Shown: positions 5,601-13,746 of the stretch, piece after piece
How positions within the stretch are numbered: the stretch's first letter is position 1
How the letters are laid out: every line of letters begins with the position of its first letter
NCBI GenBank assembly: GCA_965648915.1
Contig: CBFGIV010000040.1
Location: 1-20,550, forward strand
Reading direction: 5' to 3'
Length of the DNA: 20,550 bases
Origin: a candidate division WOR-3 bacterium
Lineage (GTDB): Bacteria; Hydrothermota; Tepidihabitantia; SM23-42; CAYGYG01
Made by a program: the position numbers and the translations under genes
Notes under the pieces: generated by a model
What the model was told of the DNA's origin: nothing
What the model saw: the letters and a program-made list of their open reading frames with translations, nothing else
Database searches by the model: none

Positions 5601-8543
5601 TATTTAACTACACCTCTTTATATTAATGGTCCGTTCTTTTTGGGAAACTACAATCCAGGAAATATATCAGGATCGAGATATGTTTCAGTTTTATCAGATA
5701 GTGGACAGATCAATACGGGAAGGAATCGGTACAACACGGTTCCGCCGGGGACCTGGGGAACCACTGCTTATAATTTCTTTATCCATGCAATAGTGAAATA
5801 CTTGGGGACCTACAATAACGATGTGGGTGTGCAGTCGATCGATGCACCATCGGCGGTTATTAAACCCGATATATCGGTAACACCCCAGGCAACGATAAAG
5901 AATTATGGAAACAATACCGCTACCTTTAATGTCCGCTGCACTTTTGATACTAACGGAGTTGTTATCTATACTTCGGAGAAGAGCGTATCCAGCCTGCTGC
6001 CGACTCAGACTAAAGTAATCGATTTTGATGAATTCACACCCCAAACCCTCTATAAATATTATCGGCAGAAGGTGAAGACTTTACTGGCAGGTGATGAGAA
6101 TCCCGCAAATGACAGTCTGGTTGACAGCACCTACTGTAGTGATCTGGATATAATCTCTTATTCAACCACCCCCTATTATTACTGGCCTGATTCGACCTAT
6201 GCCTGTGTCCGGTTTACGCCCGAAAAACCCTGCAGTCTGGTTGGTGCCTGGATTGCCCTGCAGGATACGACCCGTCTCTGGAATCAAACCTGTTCGACCT
6301 TTGTCTGGAATAATCGGGTCGATGGCCGGACCTGGCCCGGTGCCCTTGTCTGGTCAGAGGGGTATGTGCCGCCCAATCCCGGTGGGGTAGCGGCCTGGTT
6401 CCGGAGGACAATCCCAAGCCGTTATTACAATCTTAATCAGGATTTCTGGATTGGCACCTGGACACCAAATACCGGAAAACATCAACCGGACCTGCTGCTT
6501 GATAACCATCTGCACTATGAAAGGAGTTACTACGATCGAAATCGGGATTCGACCTGGTGGTATCCAATAGCAGGCGACTGGAATATCGAAGCGATTGTCA
6601 AATATCGGCGGATCGATGGTCCTAAGGCACCATACATCTTTGGTCAGAAGACCGGGTTTATGAAAGAGGATGTCTGGTTATACTGGCAAAGAGTCACCAA
6701 AGATACACTTGGCAATCCTGATTCTATCGATCATTATATTCTCTATCGAGACACCACACCCGATTATGTCCCCGGACTCAATTCGTTCCTGACCGGTGTT
6801 TCGGATACGAATTATACGAATTTCAGTGCAGCACTCAGCGATACGAACTTTTATTATCTGGTTAAAGCCCGTGATATCTACGGCCAGTATTCAAAACCAT
6901 CCAATATGGGCTTCAAATTCCGTCAGGTCTTGAATGAAAATCCCGGGACGACGGACAAGAACTGGATATCGATTCCATATAATTCACCCTATGATTCGGC
7001 GAGCCATTTTATTGATGATGTGGGCAGGTACGCCTGTCAATTCTTGACCAAGCGTGATCCAACCACTCAGTTATATACCTCCTGTTTCTGGGATGATGAG
7101 GTGGGCTGGGTGAACAACTATCCACTGGAGAAGGGCCAAATGTATGAGGCAGTGGTGGGGGCTGATACCGCAGCACGGATAGTTGGATCACACGACCCGA
7201 ACTTCAGTGTGACATTGAATGAGAATCCCGGGACAACAGACAAGAACTGGGTTGCTGTTCCATACAATGCAGTCTATGTGTGGGCGAGTGATATAATTGA
7301 TGAGATTGGTAAATATACCTGTCAATTCTTGACCAAGCGTGATCCAACCACTCAGTTATATACCTCCTGTTTCTGGGATGATGAGGTGGGCTGGGTGAAC
7401 AACTATCCACTGATCCGTGGTATGGGATACGAATTCGTTATGGCAAAAGATACTGTCTGGAAGCCAAGAGTTTATGACAATATCACCGATGGTAAATATT
7501 TTGTTCGGCCGCAAATTGCTTTGTTTACCAAAAGAGGCCCGATGATTGTGAGATCGCAATGGTTCAATGATAACAACAGTGGAGTTATGAATCAGATCGA
7601 CAAAGATAATCTCGACCAAAACAGAAAATTTATCGGCGGTGAAACACATCTGGTTCGGGGTTATCTCGACAAAACCGATGATGTCAATCTGACGATGATG
7701 GCATACATTCTGAATCGACCGGACGAAGTTTTGACTGAGGCAGTGGAAGGTTGTGGCATAATTAGCAATGGCAAGAGAGTGCTCTGGTGGTGTCAGCCCG
7801 GTAACCTTTTCACACCATGGCAGAATGGCGAAGAGATGGTGGTTGTGTTTGATAAAGAGATTGAACCAGGTTCGGTAAATCATCGTGGCTTTTATGAAGT
7901 AATAAGATTGGCATTAAACGCATCAGAAAATGGTGAGCGATTGGGTTCGACAGTTTTAAAGTTGATGCCCGTTCCTTCTGTTACCAGAACCGATTCGGGA
8001 AATATGATTTTCTGGAGACCGCTGCGAGATCAAAATATCATTGGCTATAGTCTCTATCGGGGAGAGGATGGAATAAATTATCCAGAAAGGATAAATAATT
8101 CAATCATCAACACCGCAGAATTTTTTGACCGGCATGCTTCTCCAAATGCCCAGTATGCGTTAAGACTTGTCTATGTTGGTGGATATGAGTCGAAGTCACT
8201 ATCTGTCAATTCCAATAGCGAAATCAAATATGAGGAAGCGTTGAGCCGAATCTTACCCTCTACTTTTGATTTTAGTATCGCCAGCCCGAACCCATTCCGA
8301 CATTCGATTACAATGCGCTATCAACTACCGGTAAGGACAATGGCTGAGATTGCAGTCTATGATGCAACCGGGAACCGGGTCAAGACATTGCTTCAAGCGA
8401 TTAAGGACGCCGGTTTCTATCAAATTAAGTGGGATGGAAGGAATTACTCTGACCGGAGACTCGCAAGCGGTGTCTATTTTGTAACGATGAAAACAAGGTC
8501 ATTTAAGAAGACTTTGAAGGTTTCATTGCTTAGAGATGAATAA
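2622..8543 (+). CDS. Large secreted S8 (subtilisin-like) serine peptidase with repeated Ig/CARDB-like + beta-sandwich modules, FN3-like domain, tandem 95-aa repeat and C-terminal FlgD-Ig/T9SS-like domain (~1973 aa)
   Basis: ATG at 2622 follows SD GAGGAGG (preferred over TTG 2595). Signal peptide and prodomain (YVKGELVIQF). Triad Asp (IAILD, 3363), His (HGTGCAG, 3465), Ser (GTSWATP, 3948); oxyanion Asn (AAGN, 3741). C-terminal PNPF...VYD..G..VKTL...WDG...L.SGVYFV. Confidence 0.9.
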   Translation: MFLKCFWSLLILSLLVSGQNITDNTNQASKPKIWATDDVNSLPEYRKITSPIHPYIKEREGGNQQILTPIPLPEARPNFFRPKSKIERWQIEGGQTFRAPKENLYVKGELVIQFNEEGRAKLKIGKSTTGVVITGISAVDQLNIKYNAYEMMRVIKDEDLPPKAKEYRLDLIYLLKVDESLDLERVAKDYRAIPEVKGCSPNYYGYKCNIPKTYPDDPYFDWAPNITQGPEVWTLTQGNSTDTIAILDIEQFNTAHPDLNNNWAGTGSNEAGYPYNGTSSWHGTGCAGHACAELNNSAGISGSAGGWASVKGILWLPYRFVTLAGNINGITYAVNNGACVISQSIAFSGNVAALEDAFANALANDVLSFAAAGNENNSSLGYPAPAMFSCVVAVGGINNLDRHWAWSADAGSNYGSHIDVVAPGDLHWSCTATGYTDQYGGTSWATPRAAAIAALVANYRNIRGQALKEVIERTADEIEYLTDNSFPWHPPSQGLMGSGRVNAYEAVMSYNRNISTNWIAASSNNVPYINCKNMYLDFDARDSLHGKHSHSLVPFVPTRVRAMVQNRGKQTESFYVTCVVESSGVRIFQNRKLVTGLASSKAQIVEFEPFRVGRENFDYRINVFTELDEDYNPRNDTFGITVRSTRSDTVQYDVGDWDIAYSDPWAAWAVKFNPERTCTLKAVQFMIYAGGTACSLIVWEDKGGRPGARIMTPQAYTPPGGPSWNTVALTSPVLINRTVWVGFKTPGSGGGNVAPCVDRRSNAGMSYYSASGGSSSATDWTSLGEDLLFRPIVSYQSVYTNDVAMKSINSPPASVVKGVTQLPQATVTNVGSAANSFNATCRIDSSGVNRYSSTKSVSSLNPGDTARVIFDPWTPNWEGGTYNMKIYTELGNDLNRRNDSLYLNISSSSIGEITNQESTAKYYWGRYYFASKFTPAGPCSLLAGKFLVFRTGTPLPTDPCSLFVWSDNNNNPGAILAGPIPFSGVYYPTWDTVYLTTPLYINGPFFLGNYNPGNISGSRYVSVLSDSGQINTGRNRYNTVPPGTWGTTAYNFFIHAIVKYLGTYNNDVGVQSIDAPSAVIKPDISVTPQATIKNYGNNTATFNVRCTFDTNGVVIYTSEKSVSSLLPTQTKVIDFDEFTPQTLYKYYRQKVKTLLAGDENPANDSLVDSTYCSDLDIISYSTTPYYYWPDSTYACVRFTPEKPCSLVGAWIALQDTTRLWNQTCSTFVWNNRVDGRTWPGALVWSEGYVPPNPGGVAAWFRRTIPSRYYNLNQDFWIGTWTPNTGKHQPDLLLDNHLHYERSYYDRNRDSTWWYPIAGDWNIEAIVKYRRIDGPKAPYIFGQKTGFMKEDVWLYWQRVTKDTLGNPDSIDHYILYRDTTPDYVPGLNSFLTGVSDTNYTNFSAALSDTNFYYLVKARDIYGQYSKPSNMGFKFRQVLNENPGTTDKNWISIPYNSPYDSASHFIDDVGRYACQFLTKRDPTTQLYTSCFWDDEVGWVNNYPLEKGQMYEAVVGADTAARIVGSHDPNFSVTLNENPGTTDKNWVAVPYNAVYVWASDIIDEIGKYTCQFLTKRDPTTQLYTSCFWDDEVGWVNNYPLIRGMGYEFVMAKDTVWKPRVYDNITDGKYFVRPQIALFTKRGPMIVRSQWFNDNNSGVMNQIDKDNLDQNRKFIGGETHLVRGYLDKTDDVNLTMMAYILNRPDEVLTEAVEGCGIISNGKRVLWWCQPGNLFTPWQNGEEMVVVFDKEIEPGSVNHRGFYEVIRLALNASENGERLGSTVLKLMPVPSVTRTDSGNMIFWRPLRDQNIIGYSLYRGEDGINYPERINNSIINTAEFFDRHASPNAQYALRLVYVGGYESKSLSVNSNSEIKYEEALSRILPSTFDFSIASPNPFRHSITMRYQLPVRTMAEIAVYDATGNRVKTLLQAIKDAGFYQIKWDGRNYSDRRLASGVYFVTMKTRSFKKTLKVSLLRDE
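6930..7460 (+). repeat. Intragenic tandem duplication (285-nt period) with a 95-bp identical core (7033-7127 = 7318-7412)
   Basis: LNENPGTTDKNW..PYN...CQFLTKRDPTTQLYTSCFWDDEVGWVNNYPL occurs twice, and the core is nucleotide-identical. Confidence 0.95.
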
Positions 8544-8559
8544 AGTCCCAGGAGGCCAG

Positions 8560-9678
8560 ATGAAGTATATAATTTTATCATTCAGTATTTTCTCGGTCTA
8601 TTATCTATTCGGGCAGGGCTCACATACTTGCATATTCAGGATGTATCGAGATCTACCTTCCTTAAATGATACATCGGCGATGTATTTTATTAACTATATT
8701 ACGGAATACATAAGACCTATCGCCAAAAAAGACTCCTGGCAAATAAGGGAGGACAACAAAGACGCCACCTGGAGTCATGTGAACAACAATCCAGGTATCT
8801 CACGGGCAAATACCAATCCCGGCAATTTTGAACCTGGTGGCTATTTCTGGGGTAATAATGATACGACAATCTGTGTTTTTGAATTTGAGATTGATAGTCT
8901 CGCACCTACACATAAAGGATACTATGCAGCGATTGCCATCAAACTAAGATATGGTTTTGAGGCTGATAGTGCGTGGACCTGCACCCTCAGAGCAATCCCC
9001 AGACCCGAAACCCTGCGCCGGGTGGATAAGTATCCTCTTTTCAGATGGAACAAACCTCCTTATGATACATCAACCACCGCTTCAAAATTAAGTTTCAACC
9101 CCATTCTCGGTTATTCAATCTGGCGGTCACCCAATGCCACCGGACCCTGGACAAGGCTACCGCCGAAGCCCGATGGTGGTGGTTATCAACCTTATGATAC
9201 AACTCGCTACAAGGACACCACCGGTGTTCTTGGACAAAGTTATTACTATGCTATAAGATTGGTTTATTACCCGGTTGATACTTTCATCAGCAAGGGGTTT
9301 GTAACTGAAACTGTGCGCATCGAATCAAGATTATCCGAGAATTCGCCCTTGATTGCGGTCGGGATAGGTGATGGGCAGAATCAGGGTATTAAAAATGTTT
9401 ATCCTGATCTGAGAATTTTACCCAATCCGGGAACAAGAGAGATGGGTATCCATTATGACTTATGCAACGAAAAAGTTGTTGATTTAACGGTCTATAATTC
9501 TTCCGGTCGTTTAGTCAAACGATGGAGCGATCTGCTAAATCGCTCATCGGGTAAAATCGTCTGGGATCGGAGAGGTGAGAAAGGGGTTATACTTCCGGAT
9601 GGGGTGTACTTTGTTTCTTTGAGGCTCGAAAATAGAGTAATTACAAAAAAAATTGTTTTGCAATCGAGCATTGACTGA
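8560..9678 (+). CDS. Secreted protein with an uncharacterised N-terminal/FN3-like domain and C-terminal FlgD-Ig/T9SS-like domain (~372 aa)
   Basis: ATG at 8560 after AGGAGG. Hydrophobic signal peptide. C-terminal LPNP...VYNSSGRLVK...WD...G..LPDGVYFV. Confidence 0.85.
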   Translation: MKYIILSFSIFSVYYLFGQGSHTCIFRMYRDLPSLNDTSAMYFINYITEYIRPIAKKDSWQIREDNKDATWSHVNNNPGISRANTNPGNFEPGGYFWGNNDTTICVFEFEIDSLAPTHKGYYAAIAIKLRYGFEADSAWTCTLRAIPRPETLRRVDKYPLFRWNKPPYDTSTTASKLSFNPILGYSIWRSPNATGPWTRLPPKPDGGGYQPYDTTRYKDTTGVLGQSYYYAIRLVYYPVDTFISKGFVTETVRIESRLSENSPLIAVGIGDGQNQGIKNVYPDLRILPNPGTREMGIHYDLCNEKVVDLTVYNSSGRLVKRWSDLLNRSSGKIVWDRRGEKGVILPDGVYFVSLRLENRVITKKIVLQSSID

Positions 9679-9725
9679 TAATCAAATTGAGAATTATAAG
9701 TTAAAGGAAAGGAAAAGGAGGCGAT

Positions 9726-11405
9726 ATGAAATCTTTGGTTATAACTCTTTATTTACTTATCGTATTTGCCGCTCTATCCTGGGCAGCAATCCCGCTTCCT
9801 TCAGCACCTTCCTGGACATCTCTGGATAACGACTATTCAACCGGCGGCGCCCTCTATGATGTAACGATGGATGGCTGGGTTGACTATTGCACAGGCAACG
9901 GCAATGATATGGCTTCAAATACCAATGCTATATACCGCAATGTCAACGGGACACTCGAATCGTCTGCCTCGTGGCGATCGAGTGAGAGCGGATATTTTTC
10001 CCATATCTATATCGGTGATGTTGATAATGATGGAAGGCCGGATATGGCGGTATCATATCTGGGAAGTGGTTCTGGAAACCAGGGGCCGACTCGAATTTAT
10101 CGCAATACCGGCTCCGGACTTCAGCCCACTGCCTGGTGGACATCTGCGGATCGATACAATTCATTCGACTGCGCCTTTGGTGATGTCGATTTGGACGGCG
10201 ACCTCGACCTGGCAGTTGCCTGTGGCGATGCTTACTCAAATATCCGTTCACCAACCAGGGTCTATCGCAATAATGCCGGAACGATTGAGACTACCCCTTA
10301 CTGGACATCGGTCGATTCTTCACCCGCCGATGCCTGCCGGTGGGTTGATCTTAATAATGATGGTTATCTTGATTTGATTGTTGGCTACCGACGGAAGATT
10401 GCAGTCTTCAGGAATACCGGTGGGACTCTGGAGAGGACCGCATCCTGGTCCTATAACACCCCGGGCTGGGTCTTGAGGATTGCGATTGGGGATTATAATA
10501 AAGATGGCTATAAGGATGTAGCGATTGCCAATAACGGACAACTCTCAGGTGATGCGAGTCGAATCCAGGTCTATCGAAATTCTAATGGCACACTCCAGAC
10601 GCCACCTGCCTATGAGATGTTGACCTCGACTCAATACTGTTCCTGTGTCGAATGGGGGGATGTAAATAATAATGGCTGGCTCGACCTGGCAGCAGGTGGC
10701 TGGTGGGAACCGGTCGTGGTATTTGAGAACAATAATGGTATAATCGGAACGACCCCGGCCTGGAACTGGAGTGCCGGGAGTAATCTGGTCTGTGAGACGG
10801 TGATGTGGAATGATGTGCGGAATAAGTTTCTTACGCCGATCAGCGATTTCAAGAGTGGTAATGGCTCGCGCAAATTTTTCTACTTCAATTATCACCCGAT
10901 TCAGTCTTTTACTGAAGTTCGAGTAAATAACACACCGGTTCCGCTTTCTGACTTTACCTACGACCCTTTGACCGGCTGGATCTCTTTTAAGAATGCACCA
11001 CCTTCAGGAACCAACAATATTGAAATCAAGTATGTGATTTCCCGATACCCGGATCTGGGTGTAACTAACTGGGTGCGCAATGTTGGGAATCATCTCTTCA
11101 GTAATACAACCGGTATCGAAGAGGTGGCTGGTGTGAGGAGGGCAGGGCTAAAACTGGAGATCATTCCCAACCCATTTTCCCGCAGGACACAGATTAAATT
11201 TGATGCTTCGGGCACAGAATCTGAATTTTCATTAAAGATCTATGATATTTCAGGTCGGGTGGTAAAGGATTTTAATAATCGGCAATCAGGTATTATCTGG
11301 GATGGTGCTGATGATCGGGGCAGAAAATTACCGGCCGGGACATATTTTATTGAGATTAATACCGGGGAAAAGAGTTTAAGAAGAGAGATAATTATTGTCC
11401 GATAA
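9726..11405 (+). CDS. Secreted FG-GAP/VCBS-repeat beta-propeller protein with C-terminal FlgD-Ig/T9SS-like domain (559 aa)
   Basis: SD AAGGAGG and signal peptide (ALSWA). Repeated Ca-binding blades GDVDNDGRPD, GDVDLDGDLD, DLNNDGYLD, GDYNKDGYKD, GDVNNNGWLD. C-terminal PNPF...IYDISGRVVK...WDG...LPAGTYF. Confidence 0.88.
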   Translation: MKSLVITLYLLIVFAALSWAAIPLPSAPSWTSLDNDYSTGGALYDVTMDGWVDYCTGNGNDMASNTNAIYRNVNGTLESSASWRSSESGYFSHIYIGDVDNDGRPDMAVSYLGSGSGNQGPTRIYRNTGSGLQPTAWWTSADRYNSFDCAFGDVDLDGDLDLAVACGDAYSNIRSPTRVYRNNAGTIETTPYWTSVDSSPADACRWVDLNNDGYLDLIVGYRRKIAVFRNTGGTLERTASWSYNTPGWVLRIAIGDYNKDGYKDVAIANNGQLSGDASRIQVYRNSNGTLQTPPAYEMLTSTQYCSCVEWGDVNNNGWLDLAAGGWWEPVVVFENNNGIIGTTPAWNWSAGSNLVCETVMWNDVRNKFLTPISDFKSGNGSRKFFYFNYHPIQSFTEVRVNNTPVPLSDFTYDPLTGWISFKNAPPSGTNNIEIKYVISRYPDLGVTNWVRNVGNHLFSNTTGIEEVAGVRRAGLKLEIIPNPFSRRTQIKFDASGTESEFSLKIYDISGRVVKDFNNRQSGIIWDGADDRGRKLPAGTYFIEINTGEKSLRREIIIVR

Positions 11406-11459
11406 ACCGTTGATGGTTTAATCAATACGGGATTCTATACTGGATAAGGCTTTTTTTAA

Positions 11460-11487
11460 TTGACATTAGTTATCTTTTGGATAAAAT
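11460..11487 (+). promoter_or_regulatory. Sigma70 promoter of the fab-etf operon
   Basis: TTGACA (11460-11465), 16 bp, TAAAAT (11482-11487). Confidence 0.7.
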
Positions 11488-11497
11488 TAAGCCTGCT

Positions 11498-12235
11498 GTG
11501 GACAGACTGAAAGATAAAGTTGCAATAATCACTGGTGGTGGCTCGGGTATCGGAGCCGGAGTTGCCCGGCTTTTCGCAGAGGAAGGCGCTCTGATTGCGG
11601 TGTGTGATATAATCTTTGAAACGGCTCAACAGGTTTGCAATGCAATTGGTGAAAAAGCAAGTCCATATAAGGTCGATGTCTCTAACAGTCAGGAGGTTGA
11701 TGAAACGGTTAAAAAGATCATTGAGAAGTTTGGACGGATCGATATCCTGATCAATAATGCCGGTATTACAAAGGATGGTCTTCTGGTGCGAATGAGTGAT
11801 CAGGATTGGGAGAAGGTATTGAGAATAAACCTCTTCGGCACTTTTTATTTTACCCGCTCGGTCGTTCGGTATATGATGAAAGTACGTTATGGTCGGATTG
11901 TTAATATTTCTTCAATTATCGGTTTAATGGGTAATGCCGGGCAGGTTAATTATGCTTCCTCCAAGGCCGGAGTCATTGCCTTTACCAGATCCTGCGCCAA
12001 GGAACTGGCCGGCCGGAATATACTCGTCAATGCAATTGCCCCGGGTTTTATCGAGACACCGATGACCCAGAATTTGTCTCCGGAAGTCAAAGCGAGTTAT
12101 TTGAAGATGATCCCTTTAGGACGATTTGGCACGCCCGAAGATATTGCCCGGGTTGCTCTCTTCCTTGTATCGGATGAGGCAAGTTATATCACCGGACAGG
12201 TATTGACTGTTGACGGTGGAATCGTTATGGCTTAA
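11498..12235 (+). CDS. fabG: 3-oxoacyl-ACP reductase
   Basis: TGGGSGIG, NNAGIT.D, NYASSK (YxxxK), NAIAPGFIET; adjacent to acpP. GTG 11498 is preferred because TTG 11477 lies inside the promoter. Confidence 0.93.
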   Translation: MDRLKDKVAIITGGGSGIGAGVARLFAEEGALIAVCDIIFETAQQVCNAIGEKASPYKVDVSNSQEVDETVKKIIEKFGRIDILINNAGITKDGLLVRMSDQDWEKVLRINLFGTFYFTRSVVRYMMKVRYGRIVNISSIIGLMGNAGQVNYASSKAGVIAFTRSCAKELAGRNILVNAIAPGFIETPMTQNLSPEVKASYLKMIPLGRFGTPEDIARVALFLVSDEASYITGQVLTVDGGIVMA

Positions 12236-12259
12236 AAAATTTTTTGATAAGGAGGTTAA

Positions 12260-12499
12260 ATGGCTTTAATGGATGATGTAAAGAATATCATTGTCGAACA
12301 ACTCCATGTGCCACCCGAGAAGATTACCCCCGAAGCAAAGTTTATCGAAGACCTCGGTGCAGATTCGCTCGATACGGTTGAATTGATTATGGCTTTTGAA
12401 GAGAAGTTCAATATCCAGATACCTGAAGATGAGGCTCAGAAACTCGATACGGTCGGTAAGGCCGTGGCTTATCTTGAAAACAAACTCCAGAGTAAATAG
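12260..12499 (+). CDS. acpP: Acyl carrier protein
   Basis: [12 protein letters not shown] phosphopantetheine site; SD AAGGAGG. Confidence 0.97.
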   Translation: MALMDDVKNIIVEQLHVPPEKITPEAKFIEDLGADSLDTVELIMAFEEKFNIQIPEDEAQKLDTVGKAVAYLENKLQSK

Positions 12500-13738
12500 A
12501 TGAAGCGGCGCGTCGTTATTACTGGTTTAGGTGCAATTTGCTGTCTGGGACAGGATAAGGAGACATTCTGGCAGAATATCTTAAAAGGCAAGAGCGGTAT
12601 TACCCGGATGACCAATATCGACACGACTAACCTTAAAGTCAAGATTGGGGGGGAGGTAAGGGATTTTAAGCCCGATCAGAGGTTTGATCCCAAAGAGGTT
12701 AGACGGATGGATCGTTGTGTCCAGTTTGCGATGTGGGCCACCGCTGAGGCGATTGCTGATGCGGGACTTGATTTTGATAAACTCGACCGAACCAGGGTCG
12801 GCGTCATTATCGGATCCGGGATCGGCGGTATCTCGATCTGGGAAGTTGAACATGTTAAATTCCTGCAGCAAGGCCCGGCGCGGGTTTCCCCCTTATTGAT
12901 TCCGATGATGATCTCCGATATGACATCGGGTATGGTTTCGATCCACTGGGGTTTGAAGGGGCCGAATTACACCACCACCTCGGCCTGCGCCTCGGGTGCC
13001 CATGCGATCGGCGATTCCTATCGGCTTATCGCTTATGGCGATGCTGATGTGATAATATCTGGAGGTAGTGAGGCACCGATTACCCCGTTTGCCGTTTCGG
13101 GTTTTGCCAATATGCGGGCTTTGTCCCAGCGCAATGACGAGCCCGAGAAGGCATCGCGACCATTTGATCGGGATCGTGATGGTTTTGTGATGAGTGAAGG
13201 TGCCGGCATTGTGATTCTTGAAGAACTTGAGCATGCCCTGAGACGCAATGCCCGGATCTACTGCGAGGTAGTTGGTTATGGTATGACCGGTGATGGTTTT
13301 CATATCACTGCTCCAGCACCTGAGGGAGAAGGTGCCTACCGGGCGATGCGTCGTGCCCTCGAAGAGAATAATATTCCAATCACCGATGTGAATTACATCA
13401 ATGCTCATGGAACTTCGACTGAGCTCAATGATAAGTACGAAGTGATGGCAATCAAAAAACTCTTCGGTGAGCATACTAAAAATATTGCGGTCAATTCGAC
13501 CAAATCGATGATCGGTCATCTCTTAGGTGCAGCGGGAGGGGTTGAACTGGTCGTTACGGTTTTATCAATCAGAGACGGAGTTGTCCACAAATCACTCAAT
13601 CTTGATAATCCTGATCCTGAGTTTGACCTGAATTTTGTTACCGAAGATCAGAGGAAACTGGATATAAATGTTGCACTCTCGAGTTCCTTTGGATTTGGTG
13701 GGCACAACGCAGTCCTGGTGGTCAGATCGTATCGGTAA
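12500..13738 (+). CDS. fabF: Beta-ketoacyl-ACP synthase II
   Basis: RRVVITGLG, SACASG (Cys), NAHGTST and GHLLGAAG (His), SFGFGGHNA. Confidence 0.96.
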   Translation: MKRRVVITGLGAICCLGQDKETFWQNILKGKSGITRMTNIDTTNLKVKIGGEVRDFKPDQRFDPKEVRRMDRCVQFAMWATAEAIADAGLDFDKLDRTRVGVIIGSGIGGISIWEVEHVKFLQQGPARVSPLLIPMMISDMTSGMVSIHWGLKGPNYTTTSACASGAHAIGDSYRLIAYGDADVIISGGSEAPITPFAVSGFANMRALSQRNDEPEKASRPFDRDRDGFVMSEGAGIVILEELEHALRRNARIYCEVVGYGMTGDGFHITAPAPEGEGAYRAMRRALEENNIPITDVNYINAHGTSTELNDKYEVMAIKKLFGEHTKNIAVNSTKSMIGHLLGAAGGVELVVTVLSIRDGVVHKSLNLDNPDPEFDLNFVTEDQRKLDINVALSSSFGFGGHNAVLVVRSYR

Positions 13739-13746
13739 TTGAATAG

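Noticed and set aside
7033..7412. Possible diversity-generating retroelement TR/VR pair
   Set aside because: The core copies are identical, flank differences are not adenine-specific, both copies are in frame within one gene, and no reverse transcriptase is present.
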